DNA from: Nitrospirota bacterium
GTDB lineage: Bacteria; Nitrospirota; UBA9217
Direction: 5' to 3'
NCBI GenBank assembly: GCA_963740085.1
Contig: CAVUCU010000001.1
Span: 160,001 to 224,000 of the forward strand
Length of the DNA: 64,000 bases
Of the stretch, positions 43,775 to 53,737 are shown one piece after another. Position 1 is the first letter of the stretch; each line of letters opens with the position of its first letter. A program made the position numbers and the translations under genes. The notes under the pieces are model-generated. The model was not told where the DNA came from. It did no database searches and saw only the letters and a program-made list of their open reading frames with translations.

Positions 43775-44281
43775 CTACTTCGTGAGCTCTTTCTTTTTCT
43801 CTTCGATCTGAATATCTACCTGCTTCGCTTTCTCGATCGCTTCAAGGACACCGACCCATATTTTTGCCTCTTCAGCACGGGGGCTCTGCGGAAAGTCTTT
43901 TATAACTTGCCTGAAGAAACCGAGCGCTTTATGATAGTCCTTTTTCAGATTTTCATAATGCACGTCGATGAGCCCCATATAAAAAAGGGCCTCATCACCG
44001 GGGGGACTCTTCGGAGAGAGGGCAAGTGTCGTCTGGCTTTCTTCTAACGCGCCGTCAAAATCCCCCTGGTTCATGAGTCGTTGCACACGCTGCAGAAAAT
44101 AAACGCTCTCCCGCCTGGCAACCAACGCATCGGTCGATGTGTTGCCGCTAACCAATGCACCGGAAGATGCACTGCTCGTAACCAACGCATCGGTCGATGC
44201 GCATGCAGAAACCATCAATAACATCAGGCCGGTAATGTAAAATGGAATGTGCTTCCTTGCCCAACCGTGCTTTCTACCCAT
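43775..44281 (-). CDS. TPR-like lipoprotein (QseG/YfhG position)
   Basis: VSAC lipobox, TPR-like helices, C-terminal coiled coil; located between kinase and regulator. Confidence 0.7.
   Translation of the reverse strand: MGRKHGWARKHIPFYITGLMLLMVSACASTDALVTSSASSGALVSGNTSTDALVARRESVYFLQRVQRLMNQGDFDGALEESQTTLALSPKSPPGDEALFYMGLIDVHYENLKKDYHKALGFFRQVIKDFPQSPRAEEAKIWVGVLEAIEKAKQVDIQIEEKKKELTK
44120..44209. repeat. Three 30-bp imperfect tandem repeats inside the lipoprotein gene
   Basis: aaccaacgcatcggtcgatg... recurs at 44120, 44150 and 44180. Confidence 0.85.
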
Positions 44282-45663
44282 ACGCGTCCTCCATGAGCCT
44301 GAACAATGTGTTTGACGATCGCCAACCCCAAGCCGGTGCCCTGGATCTTCCGAGAGCCGGCATGGATTGCCTGTCGAAACTTATCAAAAATAATCGCCGT
44401 CTGTTCTTCCGGTATCCCGGGTCCCGTATCGGTCACCGAAACACCCGCGCCGCCGTTCATGGCACGGAGAGATATCTCGACGGCGCCGCCCTGCGGCGTG
44501 AATTTTAAGGCATTCCCTATGATATTTCGCAATACCTGAAGAATTCTTTCTGCATCCACGGCAACGCGCGGCGACCCTTGAATGTCCTTCTTGATTCGAA
44601 TCCCCTTCGCTTCCGCCAAAGGCTCGATTTCGCGAATGACTCTTGCTATCATGGGAGCAAGGTCGGCGTTGATAAAATGAAATGTCGCGATCCCCGCTTC
44701 CAGCTTTGACAGATCGAGTAAAGAATTGACCAGATCGATAAGCCGATTGCTCTCCTCGGCGATGATCGTCAGCAGTCTCTTCTGCTTTTCCGTAACTTCC
44801 CCTCCTTTACCTTCCAGGAACAGGTTCGTACCTTCCTTGATAGAGGTGAGAGGCGTGCGCAGTTCATGAGACATGAGCGAGAAAAAGTCGGATTTCATTC
44901 GGTCCACTTCCTGCAATTTCGTGCACATGGTGTTGAACGCCTGGGCAAGAGCGTTGATTTCAGGCGGAGAGGGAAGGTTCAAATTCGCCTCGAACACACC
45001 TCGGGCGATTTCCGCCGTTTTGTCCCGCATTTTGGAGAGCGGCAGCGTTATACTCCTCGTAATGATAACCGAAAGAACGATCCCGAGCGCGAGGGACACC
45101 GCCGTGAGGAGCATAGCGAAGGTGAGAGCTTTCGATCCGACGTCGCCTAATTTCTTTATTTTACGAACAATATTATCCTCGTTCAAGGATTTCAGTTTGG
45201 TCAACTCATCCAGGACGGATTTCACCGCCCGTTCCTTTGCCTTGTTATACCACTCTTGAGGATAGCTCTGACCTGCTTTGAGGTATCCGGTCTCTGCTTC
45301 ACATAATTTTTGATAATTGTTGTGGAGGTCCTTTATCTTGGCCAAAATATCTTTCGCATCGGCGGACCCGGCATACATGCGGGCCTCACCAAGCTTCTGC
45401 TCAAAATAGTTCTTAGACTTGAGAAAACTTGCCTGGAGAGAACGGTCCCGCATGATGACGAACTTTTTGTCGTAGCGGATCTCCGAGAGTAACGCATCGG
45501 AAAGGTCCTTCTGGAGGTCGATGAGGTAATTATCAAGCAATATGGAATGGCTCACCTGCTTTACCATGTCGAGCTGAACAATGGCATATATCCCCACCCC
45601 GGTCGCAAGCGTCAGGAGAGCAAGATAGCCTGTCATTAATCGAGAAAAAATACTCAGTTTCAC
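44224..45663 (-). CDS. HAMP-domain sensor histidine kinase (GlrK/QseE-like)
   Basis: 2 TMs, HAMP, SHELRTPLTSI, NALKFT, GTGLGL. Confidence 0.92.
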   Translation of the reverse strand: MKLSIFSRLMTGYLALLTLATGVGIYAIVQLDMVKQVSHSILLDNYLIDLQKDLSDALLSEIRYDKKFVIMRDRSLQASFLKSKNYFEQKLGEARMYAGSADAKDILAKIKDLHNNYQKLCEAETGYLKAGQSYPQEWYNKAKERAVKSVLDELTKLKSLNEDNIVRKIKKLGDVGSKALTFAMLLTAVSLALGIVLSVIITRSITLPLSKMRDKTAEIARGVFEANLNLPSPPEINALAQAFNTMCTKLQEVDRMKSDFFSLMSHELRTPLTSIKEGTNLFLEGKGGEVTEKQKRLLTIIAEESNRLIDLVNSLLDLSKLEAGIATFHFINADLAPMIARVIREIEPLAEAKGIRIKKDIQGSPRVAVDAERILQVLRNIIGNALKFTPQGGAVEISLRAMNGGAGVSVTDTGPGIPEEQTAIIFDKFRQAIHAGSRKIQGTGLGLAIVKHIVQAHGGRVWVESTVGQGSTFHFTLPA

Positions 45664-45975
45664 GTCGCTGCCTGAACAATGCCGCCGGTACGATTTCCGT
45701 GGCGCGTTCTCCCTTTTTTATACACATGGTTATTGGGACAGAAAACTTGCTAAAAAAAATTACAGTGTATGGTAAACCATTATACCTTTTTTCTCCATAC
45801 ATTTTTCTGAGGCGTAATGCGTATCAAATTTTACAGCTTATGGAGGCCCTTGACAGCCCGGCATTATCCCGTTATATTGAACTGCCGTATCCGTATGGCA
45901 TAATGCATGACCTTATGATAACCGTCAATTATTACCTGTAAAGAGATCGTCATTGCCTTCTCCGAGGAGGACGTC

Positions 45976-46560
45976 TTGCAAAAGAGCTGTCGTGTCGCTT
46001 TCTTCTGCAGTTTTGTCGCGATCCTGTATCTGTTCACCGCGCTCGACGCAGGCGTCGCATCGAGTCCCGAGTATAAGCGCACCGTGGAACGATACGTGAT
46101 TCCCGATGTGACCCTTATTAACCAGAACGGCAAGCGGGTCAAATTTGAGGCACTGGTGAATTGTGGTAAACCGGTGGTCGTAGACTTCATCTACGGGACA
46201 TGCACAACGATCTGCCCTGTGCTGTCCGCCGGGTTTACGAATTTCCAGCGGACATTGGGAAATGAGTCGAAGGACGTCCAGCTAATTTCGATCTCGATCG
46301 ACCCTGAACACGACAGCCCTGCTGTCATGAGAAAATACCTGCGGAACTACCGGTCGCAGCCGGGATGGGATTTTCTGACCGGGACCAGGGATGATATTGA
46401 CCGCGTCATGAGGGCATTCGATGCCTATGTGCCGAATAAAATGTCCCATTACCCCGTCATGTTTCTTCGAGCGCCGGGCAGTGAACTATGGGTGCGCATT
46501 TATGGCCTTATTAAAGCGTCGGATTTCCTTAAAGAGTACGAGAAAGTGGTGCAAAAATGA
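45976..46560 (+). CDS. SCO family copper chaperone
   Basis: FIYGTCTTICP (CxxxC), ISIDPEHD.P, W.FLTG, conserved His. Confidence 0.9.
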   Translation: MQKSCRVAFFCSFVAILYLFTALDAGVASSPEYKRTVERYVIPDVTLINQNGKRVKFEALVNCGKPVVVDFIYGTCTTICPVLSAGFTNFQRTLGNESKDVQLISISIDPEHDSPAVMRKYLRNYRSQPGWDFLTGTRDDIDRVMRAFDAYVPNKMSHYPVMFLRAPGSELWVRIYGLIKASDFLKEYEKVVQK

Positions 46561-48284
46561 AGTACTTCCCTGGAATCCGGTCGACCCTTGAACGGCGTGT
46601 TGCGTTATTTTTATTCGTTGTCTGTGCTTGCGGTCTGGCGGTGATGCCACCGCTCGTCTATGCCAATGATCCCGCCCCGCCGAAGGGACTGTCGCGGGAA
46701 GATGCGCTTCGGCTCGGCGAAAGAATGTACCGGAAAGGTATCCTGCCCTCGGGAGATGCGATGAAGGCCGTCGTCAAGGGCGACGTTCCCGTTGAGGGGA
46801 CGATGTTCACCTGTTCAAGCTGCCACTATCGTAGCGGTTTCGGGACCTCCGAGGGCCGAGTCAGAACGCCGCCGATCGACGGTACACGGCTGTATTCGCC
46901 CCTGTCAAAGTTCAAAGGAATTCCCTTGAAGAACAGGACCGGCGGACCCAAGAACGAAGACGTTTACCGCCCTGCCTACACGGACGAAACCCTCACGAGG
47001 GTAATACGGACCGGTGAAGACCCTACCGGCAAACAAATATATGATGTGATGCCGATTTATCTCTTAAACGACCGAGATGCGGAGATACTTGTTTACTACC
47101 TCAAGAATTTATCATCGGGACTGCAGCCCGGCGTGACCGACACTGGCCTGCGTTTTGCCACGGTCATTACCGAAGAAGTGCTCAAAGAGGATCGAGAGGC
47201 GATGCTGAGCCCGCTGCAAGCCTTCATCGATCATTGGCACCTGTCGAGAACGATGGAACGTATGACGAGGAGAGATGCATACCTGCAGGAAGGGACGTCC
47301 ACAGGCTTAAAGAAATTATCACTTGCCGTATGGGAACTAAAAGGTCCCGCTGAAACATGGCGAAAACAGCTGGAAGAATACTACAAAAAGGACCCCGTCT
47401 TCGCTCTTCTGGGCGGCATAACAACGGGTGAGTGGGCGCCGATCCACCGCTTCTGTGAAGACAACGGGATACCGGCTGTTTTTCCTATTACGGATTTCCC
47501 CGTCATCTCCGAGACAGACTGGTACACCCTCTATCTCTCGAAAGGTCTTTATCAGGAGGGAGAAACAGCAGCCAGATATCTCCATGGCAGAGATGACTTA
47601 TCAACAAACGTGTCAGTTGTCCAGGTCTTTCGTAATGACCGGTCCGGCCTTGCTCTATCCAAGGCCTTTCAGGAGACGTGGTCGAGTCTCGGCCGCACAG
47701 CTCCCGAAAACGTTGCATTGGACAGCTCTGAGCAGCTTACGGAAGACTTTTGGAAGAAACTGTCCCGCAAACAAAAGCACGTCGTTGTTCTATTATGGCT
47801 GAATGCAGCGGATTTCACTGCTCTTGATAGCCTCGCCAACGTGCAAACCAGACCCGCTCTGGTCTTTGTCTCCTCCACTCTGCTGGGAAAGCGTTTGTAT
47901 TCTTTGCCGGAGACGGAGAGAACCATCGTCTACGTCACTTATCCGTACACGCTTCCCCAAGAGTCCAAGAAATATCAAGTATCAATCGAAGCGTCGCTTA
48001 AAAAAAACAATATCTCCGTCACCAACCCGGAGATCGCATACAAGATGTCGTCTCTCTTCTCGACATTGAACGGCCCATTTGCCATGATGAGAAATTATAT
48101 TTACCGGGATTATTTTCTCGAATTGATTGAATCGTCGCCTGATACATCCGCAACTCCGGTAATTTACCCGCGCCTCAGCTTCGGCTCCGGACAGCGGTAT
48201 GCCTCGAAGGGTTGCTATATCGTCCAGTTGACGAAAGGTCCTCAACCTGAACTTGTCAAGCGAAGTGACTGGGTCATCCACTGA
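46557..48284 (+). CDS. Exported c-type cytochrome fused to a periplasmic-binding-protein-like domain
   Basis: Signal peptide, CSSCH, distal MP; C-terminal PVFALLGG...FCE...IP.VFP. Confidence 0.7.
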   Translation: MKYFPGIRSTLERRVALFLFVVCACGLAVMPPLVYANDPAPPKGLSREDALRLGERMYRKGILPSGDAMKAVVKGDVPVEGTMFTCSSCHYRSGFGTSEGRVRTPPIDGTRLYSPLSKFKGIPLKNRTGGPKNEDVYRPAYTDETLTRVIRTGEDPTGKQIYDVMPIYLLNDRDAEILVYYLKNLSSGLQPGVTDTGLRFATVITEEVLKEDREAMLSPLQAFIDHWHLSRTMERMTRRDAYLQEGTSTGLKKLSLAVWELKGPAETWRKQLEEYYKKDPVFALLGGITTGEWAPIHRFCEDNGIPAVFPITDFPVISETDWYTLYLSKGLYQEGETAARYLHGRDDLSTNVSVVQVFRNDRSGLALSKAFQETWSSLGRTAPENVALDSSEQLTEDFWKKLSRKQKHVVVLLWLNAADFTALDSLANVQTRPALVFVSSTLLGKRLYSLPETERTIVYVTYPYTLPQESKKYQVSIEASLKKNNISVTNPEIAYKMSSLFSTLNGPFAMMRNYIYRDYFLELIESSPDTSATPVIYPRLSFGSGQRYASKGCYIVQLTKGPQPELVKRSDWVIH

Positions 48285-48413
48285 CCCCTGCGAGTTCCCG
48301 CAGAAAAACCAGCGAACATCAGTCTTCCCGTCCACTTCGGTATAAACTTCATCGCAGAACGACTTAGCCGTAGTATTTTTTATCCAGTACACTTCCCACG
48401 ATTTACCTGCTTT

Positions 48414-48872
48414 TCAGTTCGACGCACGCGCATAGATCAAAGAAGAGACCTTCCTGCGTCCCCGGTCGGTATTGCGCAGGATACCCCCTTCTTTCCTCAC
48501 GGGCGCCTTCTGCCGCTGAAATCCCAAGGCGAGAAGATGACGGCCTGCGACTCGGTCTGCGGCAATATGCTTCATCGCAGAATAATCTAATAAATGTCGC
48601 AACACCTCCCGCCCGATGCCTCGACGTCGCCGGCTCCCATACAGGCTGAGCCGTCCTATTTGACTCTTGGCATCCTTTGAGAGAACCGCGAATCCGAGGA
48701 TCCGGTCCTCCCGCGATGCAACCACAGCGTCAGCCCCTGACACATCAAGAAACCCTTCTTGCCGCTTCTTCAGGATATCTGCGATATCGATCCATTCGGA
48801 TTCGTTTGCATGTCTTATATATACCACCTTCCCCGTGATACCCGAAATGCCTGTTTCCCGCGGATTGCCCAT
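48414..48872 (-). CDS. Hypothetical protein, GNAT-like
   Basis: YIRHA, RILGF, RRRGIGREVL motif. Confidence 0.55.
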   Translation of the reverse strand: MGNPRETGISGITGKVVYIRHANESEWIDIADILKKRQEGFLDVSGADAVVASREDRILGFAVLSKDAKSQIGRLSLYGSRRRRGIGREVLRHLLDYSAMKHIAADRVAGRHLLALGFQRQKAPVRKEGGILRNTDRGRRKVSSLIYARASN

Positions 48873-49016
48873 AATACATCCCCCTCCCTGCGTGCTTACC
48901 CTTCTCAATGACTCATTCAGCGAACACCGAAGGGCTTTCGCCCGCACAATCCATGAGCGCACGCTTCCCCGCGCACTGTGCCGTCAGGAGAACGATGTAT
49001 TCGCTCTTCTGATCTG

Positions 49017-49547
49017 TCATGCGGCATGTGCCATGTCCACCAGAGTCCTGAGCGTCTGCAACGGCTTTTCGTAATCCGGATGATTCGAAAGTTCCGGAAC
49101 GATCTCGACATAACGCACCCTGTTGTCACGGTCGAGGATGAAAACCGACCGGGCTAGAAGCCTGAGCTCTTTGATCAGCACGCCGAAGGCGTTGCCGAAT
49201 GAAGCGTCACGGTGGTCGGATAACGTCTTCACCCGTTCGATCCCGGCTACCGTGCAGAAGCGTGCTATTGCAAAGGGCAGGTCCATGCTGATGTTCAATA
49301 CAACGACGTCCGTGGGCAACAGCGAAGCCTCGGTGTTAAAACGCCGCAATTGAAGATCGCATACTGTCGTGTCCAGAGACGGTGTGACGCTTATCAGTTT
49401 GATCTTGTTCTTAAACTCTGAAAGCCGTACTTCGGTCGACTCCTGGTCCAGTACCGTAAAATCAGGTGCAACCATACCGACATCCAATTTTCCACCCATG
49501 AGCGTCAGTGATTTACCGTGCATGGTAATTGTTCTTGAATCGGCCAT
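49017..49547 (-). CDS. tpx: Thiol peroxidase Tpx
   Basis: PSLDTTVCDLQ.RRFN, ISMDLPFA..RFC; start MADSR after GGAGG. Confidence 0.93.
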   Translation of the reverse strand: MADSRTITMHGKSLTLMGGKLDVGMVAPDFTVLDQESTEVRLSEFKNKIKLISVTPSLDTTVCDLQLRRFNTEASLLPTDVVVLNISMDLPFAIARFCTVAGIERVKTLSDHRDASFGNAFGVLIKELRLLARSVFILDRDNRVRYVEIVPELSNHPDYEKPLQTLRTLVDMAHAA

Positions 49548-49762
49548 ACTAATCACCTCCAAAAATAACACATACTCACGCCGGAACAGGCATGATTTCT
49601 CATCTTCGACGCATTCTCTCCCTTTATAATAAGGATAAATCAACTCCTGATTAAAGTCAAGGAGATATCCTGCTCGGTCCCTGTTTGATTTTTCATCGTT
49701 TATGGTTTGAGGAAGATGTAAAAAGCCTCTTCTTCGACTCGCCAAAAAGAAGAGAACGAAAC

Positions 49763-50101
49763 CTAGTACCCGAGAGGGTTCCACGACCGGAAGCGATTCA
49801 CTTCTTCTCCCGGATTCGGCAGGCCTGCTATCTTCCATGCCTTGACCGGGTCACTGAACCGGTCCGTGATACAAGCCCCTGACTGGCCCACGCTCTTGCA
49901 GACAAAACGAACAACGGGAAAGAAATGGTACTTTTCATAATACATCCGCAAAAATCTCAAGATGTCGAACTGCTCTTCAGATAATCTTTCTATGCCTTCC
50001 TTTGCGGCGAGAACTACCGCAAGCGCTTCCGTCCACTCCCCGGTATTCATCAGGAACCCGTCAGCATCCACATTTACACCGCCATCTGCCCGAGTAATCA
50101 T
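49763..50101 (-). CDS. TusE/DsrC/DsvC family protein lacking the C-terminal cysteines
   Basis: DADGFL....WTE.LA..LA..EGI..LSEE...I.RFLR.YY, AWKIAGLPNP. Confidence 0.82.
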   Translation of the reverse strand: MITRADGGVNVDADGFLMNTGEWTEALAVVLAAKEGIERLSEEQFDILRFLRMYYEKYHFFPVVRFVCKSVGQSGACITDRFSDPVKAWKIAGLPNPGEEVNRFRSWNPLGY

Positions 50102-50161
50102 CGACCCCACCTGCCCTTCTTGGCAAACTCACGTAATCAAATTTTAACTACACAGAGTCTA

Positions 50162-50584
50162 TCAGGCTGCGCGTTTTCCCGGTTTTCTCAGTTCCTTCTC
50201 CAGATAGGCCCTCCAAGGCTTCCAGTAGTAGTCGAGCCAGCCTTTGTTCACATTGTCAAAATCGCTTTCCGGCACATTGAGATGCGTCATCTCGATCTTC
50301 CCGTTCTTGCCCTCCGGCAGGAACCTGAGCACAAGGATCGAATCCGGGTCCCCCGGGTTCCAATGATTGCCGCGCCAGAGCTGAACGATATATTGCTTCG
50401 GTACAACCGCAATGGTTTTTCCGTAGATCATGCCGTCGAAAGCCCGGAATTCCGAGCCCACCAAGGGACTGATCGTTACCGCTCCGCCAACGATCGTACC
50501 GTGGATAATCGGATCCAGATACATGTCGAACAGTCTGTCCGACTGTGCAAGAAGTGTAACATTATGTTGAATTATTTTTTGCAT
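50162..50584 (-). CDS. SRPBCC/AHSA1 domain protein
   Basis: F.AFDG.I.G, IVQLWR, GWLDYYW.PW. Confidence 0.82.
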   Translation of the reverse strand: MQKIIQHNVTLLAQSDRLFDMYLDPIIHGTIVGGAVTISPLVGSEFRAFDGMIYGKTIAVVPKQYIVQLWRGNHWNPGDPDSILVLRFLPEGKNGKIEMTHLNVPESDFDNVNKGWLDYYWKPWRAYLEKELRKPGKRAA

Positions 50585-51007
50585 ACACAATACCCCCTTC
50601 CAAATGCAACCCGTTTATCTGAAATTCGAACCCCGGTCTCCTGCTCCCGGCAACAAGGAAAACTCTTTTACGATCTATTCGCTTCGACGACTCTCCTCGG
50701 GGTCTCTCCCTTGCTTATATTATACCAAACCCATCTGATTTAAGCAGGAAGCGCCGGTACCCCAAGTTATCCGTGCTGGTTCAGCCGGAAAGGCAATGTA
50801 GGGGGATATATAAAAGCAGAAGAGACACGATAACGTCGCACCATGCGATGGGCGATGCGAACCATGATTGTGACGATGAGAGCAATAACAATAAATTTGT
50901 ACTCGAAGGCGAGGAATCAAGAATAAGGTTCATGCGCCAGCTCTCCGGATCGGCAAGTTAACCCTCTGCCTCCAGAAGATCACTCATAAGCCCGCATTCA
51001 GGAGGGT

Positions 51008-51430
51008 CTACGGCTGGAAGACGCCAATGCGCTCCATCTGTTCGAAGATCCATTCGTCCGCGGCAAGATCGTCATATGCAAGTTCGGGTAGGGCCGATGA
51101 GTATTCCTTCAGAAAAAGATAGGCGATCTTTCTCGTAGGTGAATTCAGTTTCTCAGTCCAGTCATTCCCGACGCTCATGAGCTGACCCCGGATCCGCGCG
51201 CCGTTGATCCTTTCTTCGATAACCTGGTCTGGGATCATACTGGCAATGAGAATGCGTCTTCCCGTTCCATTTGCAGACACGAGTTTTACCGGCTTCTGTT
51301 CGTCCTTCTCCCTGATGCCGTGCTCTCTGCACCAGCCGGCCACACTCTCCACTATCAGGAGATCGGACTCCTTCATGTTGAGATGCTCCGCCAGATGCTT
51401 GAAGTACCATTCATAATCTTTAACAAACAT
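51008..51430 (-). CDS. Hypothetical protein
   Basis: 140-aa ORF with AGGAGG RBS. Confidence 0.65.
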   Translation of the reverse strand: MFVKDYEWYFKHLAEHLNMKESDLLIVESVAGWCREHGIREKDEQKPVKLVSANGTGRRILIASMIPDQVIEERINGARIRGQLMSVGNDWTEKLNSPTRKIAYLFLKEYSSALPELAYDDLAADEWIFEQMERIGVFQP

Positions 51431-51625
51431 ATGAAACCTCCTTTTCCCCAGCTAAGCGGCTTAAAAAATTCCGCCGCTGAGACCTCCAAAGCAAGCCATT
51501 GAATTCCCGACACAAAACTCTTCACCGTTCTTTTTCATTATCTTGCATGAGCAATCAATCGCTAAAGGTCCAGTCGCAGCATCTGCTGTAACACAGTTTG
51601 ACGGACCCGCGAAGGAGCCTGGGTT

Positions 51626-51691
51626 TCATGACGGAGCACCCTGACGTACGAAGTCGTTCAGCATATCGATGACCAGCAGGGCTTCTTTCAT
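51626..51691 (-). pseudogene. 5' remnant of an isochorismatase/nicotinamidase family gene
   Basis: GAGGAGG RBS then MKEALLVIDMLNDFVRQGAPS*; similarity stops at the stop codon. Confidence 0.7.
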
Positions 51692-52019
51692 GCGATTTTA
51701 CCTCCTCGTCCAAACCTCCTACTCGAATTTTATCACCATGTCCTCTCCTTGGCAAGGAACGGGAGGAGGCCTTTGAACCGTTTTCGCACTTATTTATGCA
51801 ATATCGACGGTCCTGGAAGATCCAGGAAGATATTTTAGCATACCGGGATGATGCACCTCTTTTACTTTTTTGGAGCTATAATGTTAAAAAGATACGAATG
51901 TTCAAGCCCTGCCTTTTAAGTGGGACATCGTAGAGGCGATCTTCGATCGAAGCCGGCGCTTGCGAAACGCAAGCTTGCGAGTAGGGAATATATCCTGAGC
52001 ATGAGAAAGGGAGCTAGTT

Positions 52020-52508
52020 ATGAAAGTCGAGATCTCCACAAAAGAATACCGTGACCTGCTGGATATCCTGCACATTGCCGATGTGGTCATTTCCGGACAT
52101 CGGAAAGAAGAGGACAAGCGCACCGAGCGGCACCGTGCGCTCATCCAGAAACTCTATGCTCTCGCGCATGGCGAAGGTCTTGATCAACTGATCAGATATA
52201 ACGAGAGCATGAATAAATATATACCGACCGATGATTTTGAAAAAAACGCCTTGGCCCATGTGCTGATTGGTGAGTTCGGAGACCACCTCTTCTGGGATGA
52301 ACTGATCACCCGGCTATCAGTCCGGGATGCGGCGCAGGTTGCGGGTGGGCTCGATCGCCTCAACGCTATGAACGACAGTGACCGTCAAGCTTTGGAAGGA
52401 TCAATCCGGCAGCGATATATCGGAGAATTGTCCGCGAATGGTCTGGCCAACCTGGCAGTTATAGAGCAGTTCAGCACCGGAGCAATGCCGGTAGATACAT
52501 CGGACTGA
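52020..52508 (+). CDS. Hypothetical protein
   Basis: 162-aa ORF with GGGAG RBS. Confidence 0.65.
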   Translation: MKVEISTKEYRDLLDILHIADVVISGHRKEEDKRTERHRALIQKLYALAHGEGLDQLIRYNESMNKYIPTDDFEKNALAHVLIGEFGDHLFWDELITRLSVRDAAQVAGGLDRLNAMNDSDRQALEGSIRQRYIGELSANGLANLAVIEQFSTGAMPVDTSD

Positions 52509-52712
52509 TCTTGTCGCTCTTGTCTGAACCCTGTAGGTTCCATTGACAGCAAAAGAACAACCGCGTCCCTTAAAAAGCGGATGATTCTCTTCTGACCTGC
52601 ACTTTTTCCCGCAAGGGATACTTTTCTTCTTCATGAGAAACAAGGTATAATTAGTGATAAGATCACGATACCAACGGGCAGTTTATCCAGCTGAACGAGG
52701 AGAAATAGACAC

Positions 52713-53249
52713 ATGAAGAGGTTGAAAAACGCCATCGAAGGCGCAGCCTTGTTGCTGATGACCGGTATGTTGCTGTCCTGCATGACCGGCGTGCAACTGA
52801 ATACCACTTCAGCCGATCAAACGCTCATCTCCGGAACCTATACACTATTGCTTTACGGATGCCACTATCCTGACCAGATCGACAATGTCGCAATTCTCGT
52901 TGATGAGAACAGCAGATATCCCCTCGAGATATACGACATAGACACATCGTTCAAAGTGAAGAAGGACGTTCCCGCTCGGCAGGCGGTCAAGGAGGCTGAT
53001 GCATTCGTGCGGTGCAGCAGCCACAGAATCCTGCAAACACAGATTGCCAGAATCCCGGATGGCAGCGGCGGGACCATCGGGTATGAATTCAGGCCCCTTT
53101 ATACCGTACCGGAGTTCGGCACTCCCGATGTCCTGATGATCAATTACTCGCTGAGGGGTGGAAAAGTCAGGGCGTATATCAAGACGCTGCCCGAGGCGGA
53201 AGATGCGTCTCGTGCCGGTCGAGGCCGTGGACCCGACCGGCATCGTTAG
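52713..53249 (+). CDS. Hypothetical lipoprotein
   Basis: GAGGAG RBS, LLSC lipobox. Confidence 0.7.
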   Translation: MKRLKNAIEGAALLLMTGMLLSCMTGVQLNTTSADQTLISGTYTLLLYGCHYPDQIDNVAILVDENSRYPLEIYDIDTSFKVKKDVPARQAVKEADAFVRCSSHRILQTQIARIPDGSGGTIGYEFRPLYTVPEFGTPDVLMINYSLRGGKVRAYIKTLPEAEDASRAGRGRGPDRHR

Positions 53250-53277
53250 TTGCGAACGGTCACAGACCTGTCCCACT

Positions 53278-53664
53278 CTATGTCCTGTCGATCGCTTCCT
53301 TAAGTTTTGAACGGACCTGTTCGGCGATTGACTCAAGCTTGGGGTTTTTTACGGCTTGCATCGAGACCATGGGATCTATTGCAGCGACCTCGGCGCCCAC
53401 GCCCTCAACTTCCTGGATGATCACGCTGCAGGGCAGCAGCGTGCCGATCTTGTCTTCCGCCTGGAGGGCCTGATAAGCGAAATTCGGGTTGCATGCACCC
53501 AAAATGCGATATCTCCGGAAATCGACATCCAGCTTCTTTTTCAGCGTTTCTTTAACGTCGATGTCCGTCAGAATGCCGAACCCTTCTTTTTTCAGTTCCT
53601 CGATCACCCGGCTGACAGCGTCGTCGAAGGTTGTCTGTATCGTTTTGCTGAAGTAGTATGACAT
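53278..53664 (-). CDS. DUF302 domain protein
   Basis: GFGILTDID...YRILGACNP...IGTLLPC. Confidence 0.9.
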   Translation of the reverse strand: MSYYFSKTIQTTFDDAVSRVIEELKKEGFGILTDIDVKETLKKKLDVDFRRYRILGACNPNFAYQALQAEDKIGTLLPCSVIIQEVEGVGAEVAAIDPMVSMQAVKNPKLESIAEQVRSKLKEAIDRT

Positions 53665-53737
53665 GAACATCCCCTTTCTTTTTTTCTCGTATGCCTTGTT
53701 GCGCGAGAGCAACTCGATCAACTCCTGTTGCACAAGA

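Noticed and set aside
45895-45915. Possible sigma54 promoter (TGGCAT...) upstream of the SCO gene
   Set aside because: The -12 position reads GA rather than GC at the required spacing.
50620-50655. tRNA-like GGGGTTCGAAT on the minus strand
   Set aside because: No acceptor stem, D-arm or closing T-stem can be built.
51626-51628. TGA after the isochorismatase stub as Sec read-through
   Set aside because: Not a conserved Cys position, and the downstream frame shows no family similarity.
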